This document shows positions 51,443 through 60,911 of a stretch of DNA of 64,000 nt, piece after piece. Both the position numbers and the translations under genes were made by a program. Under the pieces are notes generated by a model, which saw only the letters and a program-made list of their open reading frames with translations, did no database searches and was not told the DNA's origin. Each line of letters begins with the position of its first letter. The first letter of the stretch is position 1. Source of the stretch: Myxococcales bacterium (GTDB lineage Bacteria; Myxococcota_A; Polyangia; Polyangiales; DASUME01); NCBI GenBank assembly GCA_047601445.1, contig JASGJH010000001.1, forward strand, positions 1,696,001-1,760,000, given 5' to 3'.

Positions 51443-51982
51443 ATGGCTTACTTCGTCCTCCCAGTAGGCTCCTCTGGACCGCCCGCGCGCGGCCTCTGGT
51501 TGGTCGCGCTGCTGACTCTCTTCGCGTTCCCGCGCGAGGCCCGAGCGCAGCCGCTCGAGTCGGGGACGCCCACCCCAGTGATGGAGGAGGTAGGCCGTCG
51601 ACCTCAGCAACCCGAGATCGAGCAGATTGACGCCCGACTCGCCGAGATCCGCCGTCAGCGGCCGAGCATCGTGGGTCCGATCGTTCTGTTGGCGTTGGGC
51701 GGCGGACTCTGCGGGGGTGCGCTGTTCCTGATGCCGTTCGCCTACGACAGTCCCGATGGGACGGGAGCCGGGCCGTTGCTGGGGATCGGCGTCGTCGGTG
51801 CCTTGGTCTCCGTCGGCAGTGCCATCTGGCTCGTCAAGCGACGCCGCGCTCGCCGGGCGTTCGCGCCTGAGATCCAGCGGCTAAGGCTCCGACGCAGGGA
51901 CCTGCGCGAGATGTACGGCTTCGACTACGGCGTCGACCCGGCGGTGAACGGACTGCGATTCACCGTCTCTGGCCGATTCTGA
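51443..51982 (+). CDS. Hypothetical exported/membrane protein
   Basis: Signal peptide (EARA), two TM helices, C-terminal FTVSGRF. Confidence 0.6.
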   Translation: MAYFVLPVGSSGPPARGLWLVALLTLFAFPREARAQPLESGTPTPVMEEVGRRPQQPEIEQIDARLAEIRRQRPSIVGPIVLLALGGGLCGGALFLMPFAYDSPDGTGAGPLLGIGVVGALVSVGSAIWLVKRRRARRAFAPEIQRLRLRRRDLREMYGFDYGVDPAVNGLRFTVSGRF

Positions 51983-52014
51983 GCCGTGCGAGAAACGTCG
52001 GCCCCATCAGACGA

Positions 52015-54372
52015 TCACTCGAGCCAGCGCAAATCCCACTCGACACGCCGCACGATCGGCACCGAGAGGCCCTCCAGTTGGTACGTACCGATCATCTGCG
52101 TGTCGCTGCCGCGCAGGAAGTCTTCGCCGTGGTTGGCCTGAAGCTGAAGGTTCACGTTCAGGGGGCTGGGGTAAACGGTTTCGGTATGGGACGAGTAGTC
52201 GGGCAGCTCGTGCCAGGCGCTCGAGTAGTAGTCGTTCGTGAGGCTCGCGAACTGCTCATTGGTCTCGTAGTCCCCGCACAGGGCGCTCGGCAAGCTGATG
52301 GAGACCTTGCTGTACGTGTCCTTCATCGACGCGGGCAACTGGGAACACGGGATGTCCTCGCACGCGGCACGCCCGTCTTGGACCGCCGCCACGGAGCTAT
52401 CGTCGGGTTCGCCCTGCCAGCGTGCGTCGAACTTGCGCACCTCGCGGTCCACGCGCTTGCCCACGACCTCGCCTCCCTCGACCACGGCGTAGGCCTCTTG
52501 GCCCCACTCGTAGCTCTGGGCGCAGTGCTCGTTGCCGTAGGCTTTGGTGTAGCCGGCCCTGGTGCTCACGATCTCGACGTAGCCGTCCTGATGGAGTGTG
52601 CCGCGTTCGACGATGTGATTTTCGTAGTTCTCCACGTTGCCTTCGTCGCGGTTGGCCTTGCCGTCGAGCGTCCAGCGGACGAAGCCCACGAGGCCGGTCG
52701 GCATGATCTCGATCAGGTCCTGCTGGACGTAGGCCGAAGGAGATGCGCCCTCCAGCGCCCATTTGGTGCTGATGTCCGCGATTGCATCCGCGATGCCCAA
52801 CGCTGCGCCGATGGGATTCGCCATGGCCGCCGCCGCGCCCGCCTTACCGCTGCCCCAGAGCGTGTTGGCGTCGGGCATGGAGCCGCGCTTCAACTGGACC
52901 TTGAACACGGCCTTGCGCATGCGTCGCTTGCCCACGGTGGCCTTGGTCTTCTGGGGCAGGATGTCGAAGTCGACCTCGTTGATCGCGGTGCTGTCGTCCA
53001 CGCGCGTGAGCTTGTTCTCGAAGCGCGAGGCGATGTCCCACTCTTCGCCCTCGCTCCACAGCACCTGCGAGCCTCCGCCCGAGACGATGCTCCAGGAGAC
53101 ACGCCAATTCTCCACGTCCGACGCGACGTCCCGCGCGTCCGTGGGCGTAGGCAGGTTCAGCGACTCCAGGCAGTCCGAGATGGCTTGCATTTGGTCGCTG
53201 TTCTCGGCGCCGCCAGCTGCCGCTACTTTGTCGGCGTACTGCATCGGGTCGACGCCCGCGGTGGCCTTGAGCTTGCCTGGCGTATTGGGCGTGTCGAAGA
53301 GGGGCTTTTGCACCTGCTTGGCCGTCTCGAGCTCGAGCTTCACGTAGCCATAGCGGAACTCCTGGATGAGCTTGGCGATCTTCGCCAGCGTGCCCAGCGC
53401 GTTGAGCCCATTGCTGAGACCTGCCGCCGCACCGTCTCCAAAGAGCTTCTTGAGGCCGCCTTCGATCGCTTGCCCCACGCCCTCGCCGGCGCCCACCTGT
53501 CCGGCTTGCCCGAGCCCACCGGCTTGATCCACGAAGTCCGAGCACGGTGAGCCCCCAGCCTTCGGGATAGCGGAGCCTGCTGCTCGGCTCTTGGCCTTGG
53601 GTGCCCCACGCCGCGTGCGATCGAAGGCGCCGATCAAGAGCTCGATCTCCAGCCCAGACAGACGGATCAGGTTCGGATCTTCCGTGCCGCTCGCGAGATT
53701 GGCCGGCGGGGACTGCCGCTGGTTGAGCTCCGCCATCAACAGCACCGCGAAGCTATCGGGTGCGTCCGGCTGTTCCGCAGCGGCCTGGTACCATGCCGCC
53801 AAGAAGTCCCGCCAGTGTTCTTGAGGAGGGGTGTTCTCTGGCGTGGGCCAGCCGAGCTCGTCCATCATGCGCGCGAACTCGGTGAGCGAGAAGGTAGCCG
53901 TGGTGACGCGCGCCTGCGCCTCGAGCGTCAGGTTCATCGCGCTCACCGGGAACACGAAGGAAGAAGACGCCGGCTCCTGCGCGGCTCGCCTCACGTCATC
54001 CCCGAACTTGGTGGCCACGCCGCCTGCGGCCAGGATGTCGAGCGTGGCTTGGTACGCGCCGTCGAAAGTGCTCGCGGTGAGCAGGGTGCTGGCGAGCGCA
54101 GGAGCCGCGCCGGGGACGCTCAAGGTGGGGCTCGGTGCGAGCCAGTCGCCTGCCAGGCCGCCGTCTGAATCGAGCTCGCCCAGGCCTGCGTCCCCATCGG
54201 TAGGGCCCTCCGTTTGGTCGCCGCCGCCATCAGCCCGGTGCGAACCGGAGCCTGGCCCGTCCGAGCCACATGCCGCGACGAAAACGGTGAGGAGGAGGCC
54301 AGCAAAAGCTGTCGAGTTTCCTGAAAAGCGCATCGTGTCCATATTCCTAACGCCCGAGCGCATCGTGTCCAT
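52015..54372 (-). CDS. Large hypothetical lipoprotein
   Basis: Lipobox VAAC, Gly/Asp linker, 785-aa ORF with strong GC3 bias. The start region is duplicated. Confidence 0.75.
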   Translation of the reverse strand: MDTMRSGVRNMDTMRFSGNSTAFAGLLLTVFVAACGSDGPGSGSHRADGGGDQTEGPTDGDAGLGELDSDGGLAGDWLAPSPTLSVPGAAPALASTLLTASTFDGAYQATLDILAAGGVATKFGDDVRRAAQEPASSSFVFPVSAMNLTLEAQARVTTATFSLTEFARMMDELGWPTPENTPPQEHWRDFLAAWYQAAAEQPDAPDSFAVLLMAELNQRQSPPANLASGTEDPNLIRLSGLEIELLIGAFDRTRRGAPKAKSRAAGSAIPKAGGSPCSDFVDQAGGLGQAGQVGAGEGVGQAIEGGLKKLFGDGAAAGLSNGLNALGTLAKIAKLIQEFRYGYVKLELETAKQVQKPLFDTPNTPGKLKATAGVDPMQYADKVAAAGGAENSDQMQAISDCLESLNLPTPTDARDVASDVENWRVSWSIVSGGGSQVLWSEGEEWDIASRFENKLTRVDDSTAINEVDFDILPQKTKATVGKRRMRKAVFKVQLKRGSMPDANTLWGSGKAGAAAAMANPIGAALGIADAIADISTKWALEGASPSAYVQQDLIEIMPTGLVGFVRWTLDGKANRDEGNVENYENHIVERGTLHQDGYVEIVSTRAGYTKAYGNEHCAQSYEWGQEAYAVVEGGEVVGKRVDREVRKFDARWQGEPDDSSVAAVQDGRAACEDIPCSQLPASMKDTYSKVSISLPSALCGDYETNEQFASLTNDYYSSAWHELPDYSSHTETVYPSPLNVNLQLQANHGEDFLRGSDTQMIGTYQLEGLSVPIVRRVEWDLRWLE

Positions 54373-54386
54373 ACTCCTAACGCCCG
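54327..54386. repeat. 30-bp tandem duplication covering the RBS and start codons
   Basis: AGCGCATCGTGTCCATA(T/C)TCCTAACGCCCG x2 with one mismatch. Confidence 0.9.
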
Positions 54387-54541
54387 TTGGAATGCTTCGC
54401 CCGGAAGCTCAGCGAGCGTACGTGCCAGCCCGAGTTAACTCAGAGGCCCTGCGCGCTCGCCACCACAAAAGTGTTTACGTTTACGCGGACCCGCGGGTGC
54501 AGCGGTACCAATGCTAACGTCCCGAGAATGCGAGGGGACCA

Positions 54542-55576
54542 GTGACCAAGGAAGCAGCAGTCGTCTTGGACCTTCTGGAGACGAGCTATCGAATCGACCT
54601 GGATGGCTCCGCCTACGTGGCAGCCTTGGCAGAGGGAGCCGCGCCGTTGCTGGACCGCGGGCTCGGGGTCATGTCCTACACCTACGACGCGCGTGACCCC
54701 GCGCACCCGATCATCGATCACTTCGCGACCTCCTCGCGCTTCGACCCCAGCTGGTTGGCCCCGTTTTACGCAGCGATCGAGGCTGCGGCCGTCGATATCG
54801 GTAGCCCTGAGCACCCCACCGGCTTCGCGGCCTGGGGCCATCTAACCTGCGGGCAGGCAAGCCGCATCCCCGCCATGAAGCCCATTCTGCCGCTGTTTGC
54901 GCACATCGGCGGCTCGGTGGACGCCTTCGCCGTGAACGGTCGCGACGCCAGCGGCCGCGGACTCTGGATCGGCGCGCCACTCCCCACCACGCGTAGGGAG
55001 CCCCCGGAGAATTTCGAACTCCTCACTCGGCTTTCGGCACACCTCACTTCGGCTGTGCGTCTGCGCCGAAATACCGGCAACTCGCGGCCCAAGCCGAGCG
55101 CGGTGATGAAGCCCGACGGCACCCTACTCCACGCCGAACCCGATCCGGCCATCGTCGATGCCCGCCAGACCCTTCGCCTGGCAACTCTCGCGTTTGATCG
55201 GGCACGCACCAAGAAGATGCGCGGAGACGTGGAGCTCGCCACGCGTCGCTGGCGCCCCCTCGTGGCCTCTCGCTGGTCGCTGATCGATGACTTCGACTCC
55301 GACGGTCGCCGCTTCGTGGTGGCGGTCGAAAACGAGCCGCCAACCCGGCCACCTCGCACGACGCTGAGCGAGCGCGAGCATCAGGTGCTCACGCAAGCCC
55401 ACATGGGACATTCGATGAAGCTCATCGCTTACGAGCTGGGGCTCTCGGCTGCCACGGTGCGAGTGCTCTTCCACCGCGCCGCGCGCAAGCTCGGAGCCTC
55501 GACGCGACAGGAAGCCATCACCCGTTTCGACGCGCTCGGAAAGGCGCCGCCGGAGAGCGACGAGGGCGAAGAGTAG
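54542..55576 (+). CDS. LuxR-type HTH transcriptional regulator (myxobacterial type)
   Basis: C-terminal LSEREHQVL...GHSMKLIAYELGLSAATVRV...KLG; RWSLIDDFDSDGRRFVVA linker. Confidence 0.85.
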   Translation: MTKEAAVVLDLLETSYRIDLDGSAYVAALAEGAAPLLDRGLGVMSYTYDARDPAHPIIDHFATSSRFDPSWLAPFYAAIEAAAVDIGSPEHPTGFAAWGHLTCGQASRIPAMKPILPLFAHIGGSVDAFAVNGRDASGRGLWIGAPLPTTRREPPENFELLTRLSAHLTSAVRLRRNTGNSRPKPSAVMKPDGTLLHAEPDPAIVDARQTLRLATLAFDRARTKKMRGDVELATRRWRPLVASRWSLIDDFDSDGRRFVVAVENEPPTRPPRTTLSEREHQVLTQAHMGHSMKLIAYELGLSAATVRVLFHRAARKLGASTRQEAITRFDALGKAPPESDEGEE

Positions 55577-55654
55577 ACCCATCCGACCGGCGTAGACTGT
55601 GGGCAAGGCCGGCCGCAAGTCGGGGGCTTCAAGCGATCGCCGTCAGGTCCGGGG

Positions 55655-56749
55655 TCACGGCTTCCGAAAAACCGTGTTGGGGGTGCTGCTCGAGCTGCGA
55701 AGCACGAGCAGCGTGCCGTCTGCGGCGGCAGCGACCGCCTTGCAGTTGCCGGCGTCGCTCACGACGTCCCAGTTGGTCCCATTCCACTTGGCGACGGTGC
55801 CCGCCGAGTTTACTGCGTAGACGATCGAGGCGCTGCCCACTGCGACCTGAACTGCAGAACCGGGGATCGTGGTCCAGGTCGTGCCATTCCACTTCACGAT
55901 CGCCGACCCGGGCGTGACGCCCCAGACCGTTCCGTCGCTGGCGACCGCGATGTTGGTCAGCTCGCCGGCCATCTTGGTCCAACTCGAGCCGCTCCATTTG
56001 TAGACGACATTGGTCGCGCTGACGCCCCAGATGTTCGTCGCGTTGCCGACCGACACCTGCTTCAGTGAACCGGTGGGTACCTTGGACCAGCTCGTGGTCA
56101 TGTTGCGCCAGACCGTTCCATCGGCCTTCACGCCCCACCATGTTCCGTCCGCACCGATCGAGGTCTGAACCAACACGAGCTTGTCGGTGCTATTGGGCTG
56201 CTTGTAGTACTCGAAGTTCGCACCCGACGAGTTGAGCACGTAGTTGTTCCCGTCTGACCAAGCCGTGCTCGTGCCCACCAGCTTCGAGGCAGAGCCTGCC
56301 GACACGCTCGCGAACTGCGTCTGGGAGCCGATGTCCGTCCATGCCACCGGCGGCGGCGGAGTGGGCACGGCTTGCCCGTACTTGTAGCTGACCACCGGAG
56401 ACTTGGCGCCCGACGTGCGGGGAGTCGTGGCCGAGCTGGCATTGACCGTGAAGTTGTAGGTGACGCCTTTCTGGAGTCCCCACACATTCACGGGCCCGCC
56501 CTTGCCCGTCATCGACGATTGCCTGGTGTCGCCCGGAACGACCCACTGCACGTAGCACTCCTCACCAGCGACGAGCATGCTGCACGCGACCGGGAGGCCG
56601 AACAGATCCTTGTTGGCTTTGTCCTCCTGGGGCTGACCCAGTACCACGGTTGGCGCGGAGTGCACCTGCGCGGAGGCGTCCGCACTAAAGCCAGTGATCG
56701 AGGAGACGCTCAGACACGACAGCAAGCCAACGATGGACCAATTCTTCAT
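55655..56749 (-). CDS. Secreted FN3-like + tectonin (six-bladed beta-propeller) lectin-like protein
   Basis: Signal peptide (ASA), GLQKGVTYNFTVNA (FN3), repeated W..(I/V)PG.L.Q(I/V)SVG....VWGV blades. Confidence 0.8.
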   Translation of the reverse strand: MKNWSIVGLLSCLSVSSITGFSADASAQVHSAPTVVLGQPQEDKANKDLFGLPVACSMLVAGEECYVQWVVPGDTRQSSMTGKGGPVNVWGLQKGVTYNFTVNASSATTPRTSGAKSPVVSYKYGQAVPTPPPPVAWTDIGSQTQFASVSAGSASKLVGTSTAWSDGNNYVLNSSGANFEYYKQPNSTDKLVLVQTSIGADGTWWGVKADGTVWRNMTTSWSKVPTGSLKQVSVGNATNIWGVSATNVVYKWSGSSWTKMAGELTNIAVASDGTVWGVTPGSAIVKWNGTTWTTIPGSAVQVAVGSASIVYAVNSAGTVAKWNGTNWDVVSDAGNCKAVAAAADGTLLVLRSSSSTPNTVFRKP

Positions 56750-56779
56750 GCCAAGCGTCTACGTTCGCGGGCCCGCCAT

Positions 56780-56804
56780 GGCTATCCAGTTTGCGAAATC
56801 ATGT
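56780..56804 (-). promoter_or_regulatory. XylS-type AraC activator site / promoter, copy 1
   Basis: Minus strand reads ACATGATTTCGCAAACTGGATAGCC. TGGATA-N21-TAGACG, then ATG 6 nt later. Confidence 0.7.
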
Positions 56805-56829
56805 GCACGGGTCCCGCTGGCGTGTGAGT

Positions 56830-57035
56830 TCCTGTGGAACACCGGCAAGGTCAACACGGGCGGGCGCGTGACCATGCACACCGATGGCAACCTCGTTTCC
56901 TACGACTCCGCCGGCAAGGCGCTCTGGTCAACCAGCGCCCACAACAGGCCGGGCGCGACGCTCGGCATGCGCGACGACGGCAACATCGCGATCTACCCCG
57001 GCACCAGCTGCGCCACGGTCTCGACGGCTCGCTGA
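56830..57035 (+). pseudogene. Bulb-type (B-)lectin domain fragment
   Basis: LWNTG...MHTDGNLVSYD..GKALWST...MRDDGNIAIY. No convincing start codon or signal peptide. Confidence 0.6.
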
Positions 57036-57043
57036 CCTAGACT

Positions 57044-59032
57044 TCAGGCAGATGAAGTGCCGCCAGGCACGCCTGGCCGAGGGCCCAAGGCGATATTCGC
57101 GATCGGCAATTCCGCCCGGTAACACTCCAGAAAGCGCTGATTCAGCTCGGAGGTCAGGAGCAGGGCGAAGCCAGTTGCCGGCATACTCGAAGCTCGCTGA
57201 CCGACCGCCATTCGGATCGCGAGATCCATCGGCGGCTGCACGGGGCCCAGCCGTTGCAGGGAGCGTTGGCGCCCGTAGAACCCGGAGATCCAGAGCAGGT
57301 TGCGCACGAGTCCGGCATCCGCTTCGGCGAGATTGGTGGTGGCCTGCGCGACGCGCTGAAACATCGCGGCGAAATCCGGGGGCGCCACGATGCTCTCGAG
57401 CGCGGCAGCCGCTTCCACGTCCACGGGCATCACGACGGCTTGTGGAAAACCAGCGGCGTCGGCGGCTCCCCGCAGCCCGTCGAGGCAGCTTCGAAAGGTT
57501 GCCTGTCGCGTCTCGGGCGGTTCTCCACTCACGTCGACCCAGTTTTCCCAGCGCACCGCGAGCAGATGCAGCGTGACGGCGAACCCTGCGTCGCGCACGA
57601 GCCGCGCGACGGCGAGAAAATCGGGCAACTCCGTCAGCGCGGTTGGACTCGCGAGGACCATTCGGAGGTCGATGGGCCGTTTTCCCTCGAGCACGTTGTC
57701 ATAGAGTGCATTGGCAAGCGCCGCGTGGGATCGCCGAGGCGAGAGAGGCGATCGGAGGCTACCCATCAGCGCCGCCGTCATCACCAGGAGCCGATCGAAA
57801 TCCGGTGTGTTGACAGCGCCCTCTGGGCCTTGCGCGGGAGCGGGCCGGCTCGCGTGTCGCTCCAGCAGCGCCTCACGAAGCGCGGCGGCATCGGTGCGCA
57901 GGGCCTCGGCGAAACCATCGGCCGGCGTCGCGGCCTCGACATCGGCGATGCGGGCATAGTCCTCTGCGATGGCTTGGGGCAGAGGCAGGTGCCAGCGCCC
58001 CGTGGTCACATCGCGTTGCCACAACGACGCAGACGTCGTCTCCGGAAAGAAGTGCCCGAGCGGTCGCAGCGAGCCTTCAGTTGCTTGACCGGCGGGAGGC
58101 GGGTTGCTGCTGGCCCGCGCTACGAGAGAATTGATTTGCCTGATGCGCTCCGAGAGGGTCGCGTGGATGCCTTTCACCACGGCAGGCGCCTGCGCGATCG
58201 CAGCGAAGAACTGAGCTTGCGTAAGCGTCAAAAAGCGGCAAGCCGTCTCGGCGGTGACGGCCGCTGAACGCGGTTCTCCGTCGAGCAATGCCATCTCGCC
58301 GACGTGGCTTCCGGGGCCGAGTCGGGCGAGCTCCAAATCGTCGAGATGCACGCGGAGATTGCCCTCGACCACCAGATAGAGCCGATCCCCTGCGTCCCCC
58401 TGGGTGAAGAGACGGTCACCGGCCGCGGCGTCCACCGGCTGCAGAAAACCAGCAACCCGGCGCAGGAAGCGCTCGTCGGTCACTGCGGCGAAGATCGGCA
58501 CCGCGCTCAGCAACGACAGTGCGTCGTCGAAGTTGCTCGCCGCCGGCGACATCTGAGGCGGAGCGAGCCGCAGGCTGAGCAGCATCCCGTTCAAGGCCCT
58601 GATGCGCTCCGTCAAGGCGCGCATCAGGTTCATGCCGAGGCGTGGAATCTTCAATACGGCCTGCTCCAGACCTGATCGATCGAGGTAGGCGCAGAGCACC
58701 GGCTCGAGCGCGATGACCTCGGCGGATCGGGGCGCTTCGCCGAAGAGTCCCATTTCACCGAAACTCTGGCCTGGGCCGAGATTCGCGACGGGCGTCCCGT
58801 CGACTTCCACACGCACGTGGCCGGCCAGCAAGAAGAACACCCCATCGGCCAGGTCGGCTTGCCGAATCACCACATCGCCGGCTGCGATGTCGCGATAGCT
58901 CAGACAGGAGACGAGCGTACGCAGCCCAGCATCGACCTTGAGGTTGCGGAAGAGCGGCACCGCTGCGAGCAAATCCTCGACCGAGGCCAAAGGTCGGTTC
59001 ACAACGACGGCTGGAGTGTCGGCGACGTTCAT
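57044..59032 (-). CDS. Tandem cyclic-nucleotide-binding domain protein with unknown C-terminal domain
   Basis: Two CNB domains with phosphate-binding cassettes FGEMGLFGEAPRSA and VGEMALLDGEPRSA. Start placed at ATG 59032. Confidence 0.85.
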   Translation of the reverse strand: MNVADTPAVVVNRPLASVEDLLAAVPLFRNLKVDAGLRTLVSCLSYRDIAAGDVVIRQADLADGVFFLLAGHVRVEVDGTPVANLGPGQSFGEMGLFGEAPRSAEVIALEPVLCAYLDRSGLEQAVLKIPRLGMNLMRALTERIRALNGMLLSLRLAPPQMSPAASNFDDALSLLSAVPIFAAVTDERFLRRVAGFLQPVDAAAGDRLFTQGDAGDRLYLVVEGNLRVHLDDLELARLGPGSHVGEMALLDGEPRSAAVTAETACRFLTLTQAQFFAAIAQAPAVVKGIHATLSERIRQINSLVARASSNPPPAGQATEGSLRPLGHFFPETTSASLWQRDVTTGRWHLPLPQAIAEDYARIADVEAATPADGFAEALRTDAAALREALLERHASRPAPAQGPEGAVNTPDFDRLLVMTAALMGSLRSPLSPRRSHAALANALYDNVLEGKRPIDLRMVLASPTALTELPDFLAVARLVRDAGFAVTLHLLAVRWENWVDVSGEPPETRQATFRSCLDGLRGAADAAGFPQAVVMPVDVEAAAALESIVAPPDFAAMFQRVAQATTNLAEADAGLVRNLLWISGFYGRQRSLQRLGPVQPPMDLAIRMAVGQRASSMPATGFALLLTSELNQRFLECYRAELPIANIALGPRPGVPGGTSSA

Positions 59033-59065
59033 GGGAACCACGCGATAGCGGACGCTGCCCCGCGC

Positions 59066-59090
59066 GGCTATCCAGTTTGCGAAGTCACGT
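59066..59090 (-). promoter_or_regulatory. XylS-type AraC activator site / promoter, copy 2
   Basis: Minus strand reads ACGTGACTTCGCAAACTGGATAGCC (23/25 identical to copy 1). TGGATA-N21-TATCGC, then ATG 9 nt later. Confidence 0.7.
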
Positions 59091-59135
59091 AGGACGCAGG
59101 TGGCGGACTCGTCTCTTTGGGCAACGGGAGGACGG

Positions 59136-60155
59136 CTAGCCCGTGCGTTTCCAGCGCCTCGCGAGCGTGTGCATGGGCCCCTCGCCAAAGCGCTGCCTGT
59201 AGCGGACGCTGAACCGACCTAGGTGCTCGATCCCGGCCAGCCGAGCCACCTCACTCACCGTCTGCACGGCGTCGTCCATGACGAGCAGTACGCGTGCACG
59301 CTCGAGTCGCCGAGCGCGCACGAAGTCGAGCGGTGAGCAGCCGCGATACTTGCGGAACCCAAGCTGCAGCGCACGCGCGGTCACACCGGTCAAGGAGGTG
59401 AGTTCAGCCATGGTGACCGCTCGCTCGAAATTCGCGTCGATGTAGTCCGCGGCGCGTCGCACATGTCGTGGTTCGGCCGAGCGCGCAGCCCTGGAGAACA
59501 GTGCCGACTGGCTGTGAGGCTGAGACAGCAAGAGACGGAAGACCAGCGTTTCGGCCAGCCGGTCGCGCTCGCCGGGCGCGTCGAACTCGGGGGGATCGTG
59601 CTCTGCCTCCGCCATGATGAAGCTCAGCAGTCGCAGCAGGGGCGCGGCCTGCGGGGCGTCGAGCTTGAAGCCAGTCGCGAAGGTGATCTCGCGGGACGTG
59701 AGACCGGTGAGCGTTCGCATGGCATCGATCAGGTACTGGCGGGGTACGATCAGCTGCAGGACCTGGAAGTTCGGCTCCGAGAGCACCTCCGAGTCTTGCC
59801 AGGGTGCGCAAAGCACGCCTGACTTGCGGCGTACCACGGGCATCGAGCGCCCGCCGATGTTCAGCTGCGCCGAAGGCTCGCTCAGTGGAATGGACAACAG
59901 ATACGTGTCCGAGGTGCCTGCGCACGCGGCGCGCAGGTCGGCCGAGTTCTCGGTCGCGATCAGCATCAGCGGACCGAGTGGGAGACAGTGGAGCCGCCAC
60001 GAAAAGCTCGCCTGGCCACGGATCTCCTCGAAGCGGACCTCAGCGGTCATGCGCTTGTAGATCTCGTACGTCTGCTCGATCGAGGCGCCGTCGACGACGC
60101 AATGGCGGGACAAGGCCAGACGAGGGCGCGTGGGAACTCCCTGAACGTTCAACAT
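59136..60155 (-). CDS. AraC-family regulator, XylS/BenR-like
   Basis: LLLSQPHSQS...PRHVRRAADYI, GVTARALQLGFRKYRGCSP, HLGRFSVRYRQRFGEGP. Confidence 0.92.
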   Translation of the reverse strand: MLNVQGVPTRPRLALSRHCVVDGASIEQTYEIYKRMTAEVRFEEIRGQASFSWRLHCLPLGPLMLIATENSADLRAACAGTSDTYLLSIPLSEPSAQLNIGGRSMPVVRRKSGVLCAPWQDSEVLSEPNFQVLQLIVPRQYLIDAMRTLTGLTSREITFATGFKLDAPQAAPLLRLLSFIMAEAEHDPPEFDAPGERDRLAETLVFRLLLSQPHSQSALFSRAARSAEPRHVRRAADYIDANFERAVTMAELTSLTGVTARALQLGFRKYRGCSPLDFVRARRLERARVLLVMDDAVQTVSEVARLAGIEHLGRFSVRYRQRFGEGPMHTLARRWKRTG

Positions 60156-60190
60156 TCGACCTTCACGGCGAGTCCTGGAACTTTAACACC

Positions 60191-60205
60191 GATCAAGTTT
60201 GCGAA
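60191..60205 (-). promoter_or_regulatory. Degenerate third copy of the AraC motif (possible autoregulatory site)
   Basis: TTCGCAAACTTGATC matches the core 13/15, lies 35 nt before the AraC ATG and is next to a TAAAGT -10-like hexamer. Confidence 0.5.
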
Positions 60206-60511
60206 AAAATCCGGCGCTCGGCCAGCGCCGATCGCAGAGCGGGGTGCTGCCGCCACGCGCGCGCCACCGAAGCTCCCGATGCTCACCGCACTCGTCCATC
60301 GTCGAGAAAGCCGCTCGCAACCCCGCCCGGGCCAAACCTGGTCGCCCAAGGCCTCGATCCGACCGCGTCGCAGCCCGACGATTGATACCGTGTACAGGGC
60401 TTCCCACCGGGATCGAGTAACCCAGACGAGCCACGCCCCGTTCGCCGCGGGCCTTCGAAGCGAGGTCAAGTGAGGCTCTGGGCCCCGTGGACAGGACACT
60501 GATCCGCGCGT

Positions 60512-60911
60512 CTAGATGAACGGCGCGTAGCACCGGTACTTGCCGTCCTTGCCCGTGCACAGCACGCGATCTTCCTCACCACCGTAGGTGCACGTGAGAG
60601 CCGAGTCCTCACATGCCGAGCCTTGCTCTGGTTGCGTGCACGGACACGACGCTGCGTTGCTCGTTCCACCAGCGCATCCGGCATCTCCCGCGGCGTCGGC
60701 CTCGGGCTTGTCGGCCCCGTCGGTGGCGGGCGTGGCCATCACCATCGCCCGCATCCTGCGCGGACAGCGGCACGCGAGCAGGCGCGTTCGAGTTGCCACA
60801 GGCGCCGCACGCGAACATCAGCACGCACAGCTCCATGCCGCGCCATCGACGAGCGAACGAGCGAGGCACACCCCAGGGCGCGCGAGCGAGCAGGAAACGT
60901 GCGCGACGCAT
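60512..60911 (-). pseudogene. Small Cys-rich lipoprotein, frameshifted as assembled
   Basis: One frame gives the lipobox LMFACGAC..QDAGDGDG; the next gives TPATDGAD...CPC..C...CTY...C...C. Removing one base near 60734 joins them. Start at 60911 or 60836. Confidence 0.55.

Noticed and set aside
54411..54427. Sigma54-like TGGCACGTACGCTCGCT upstream of the large lipoprotein (minus strand)
   Set aside because: GG-to-GC spacing is 11 nt rather than the required 10.
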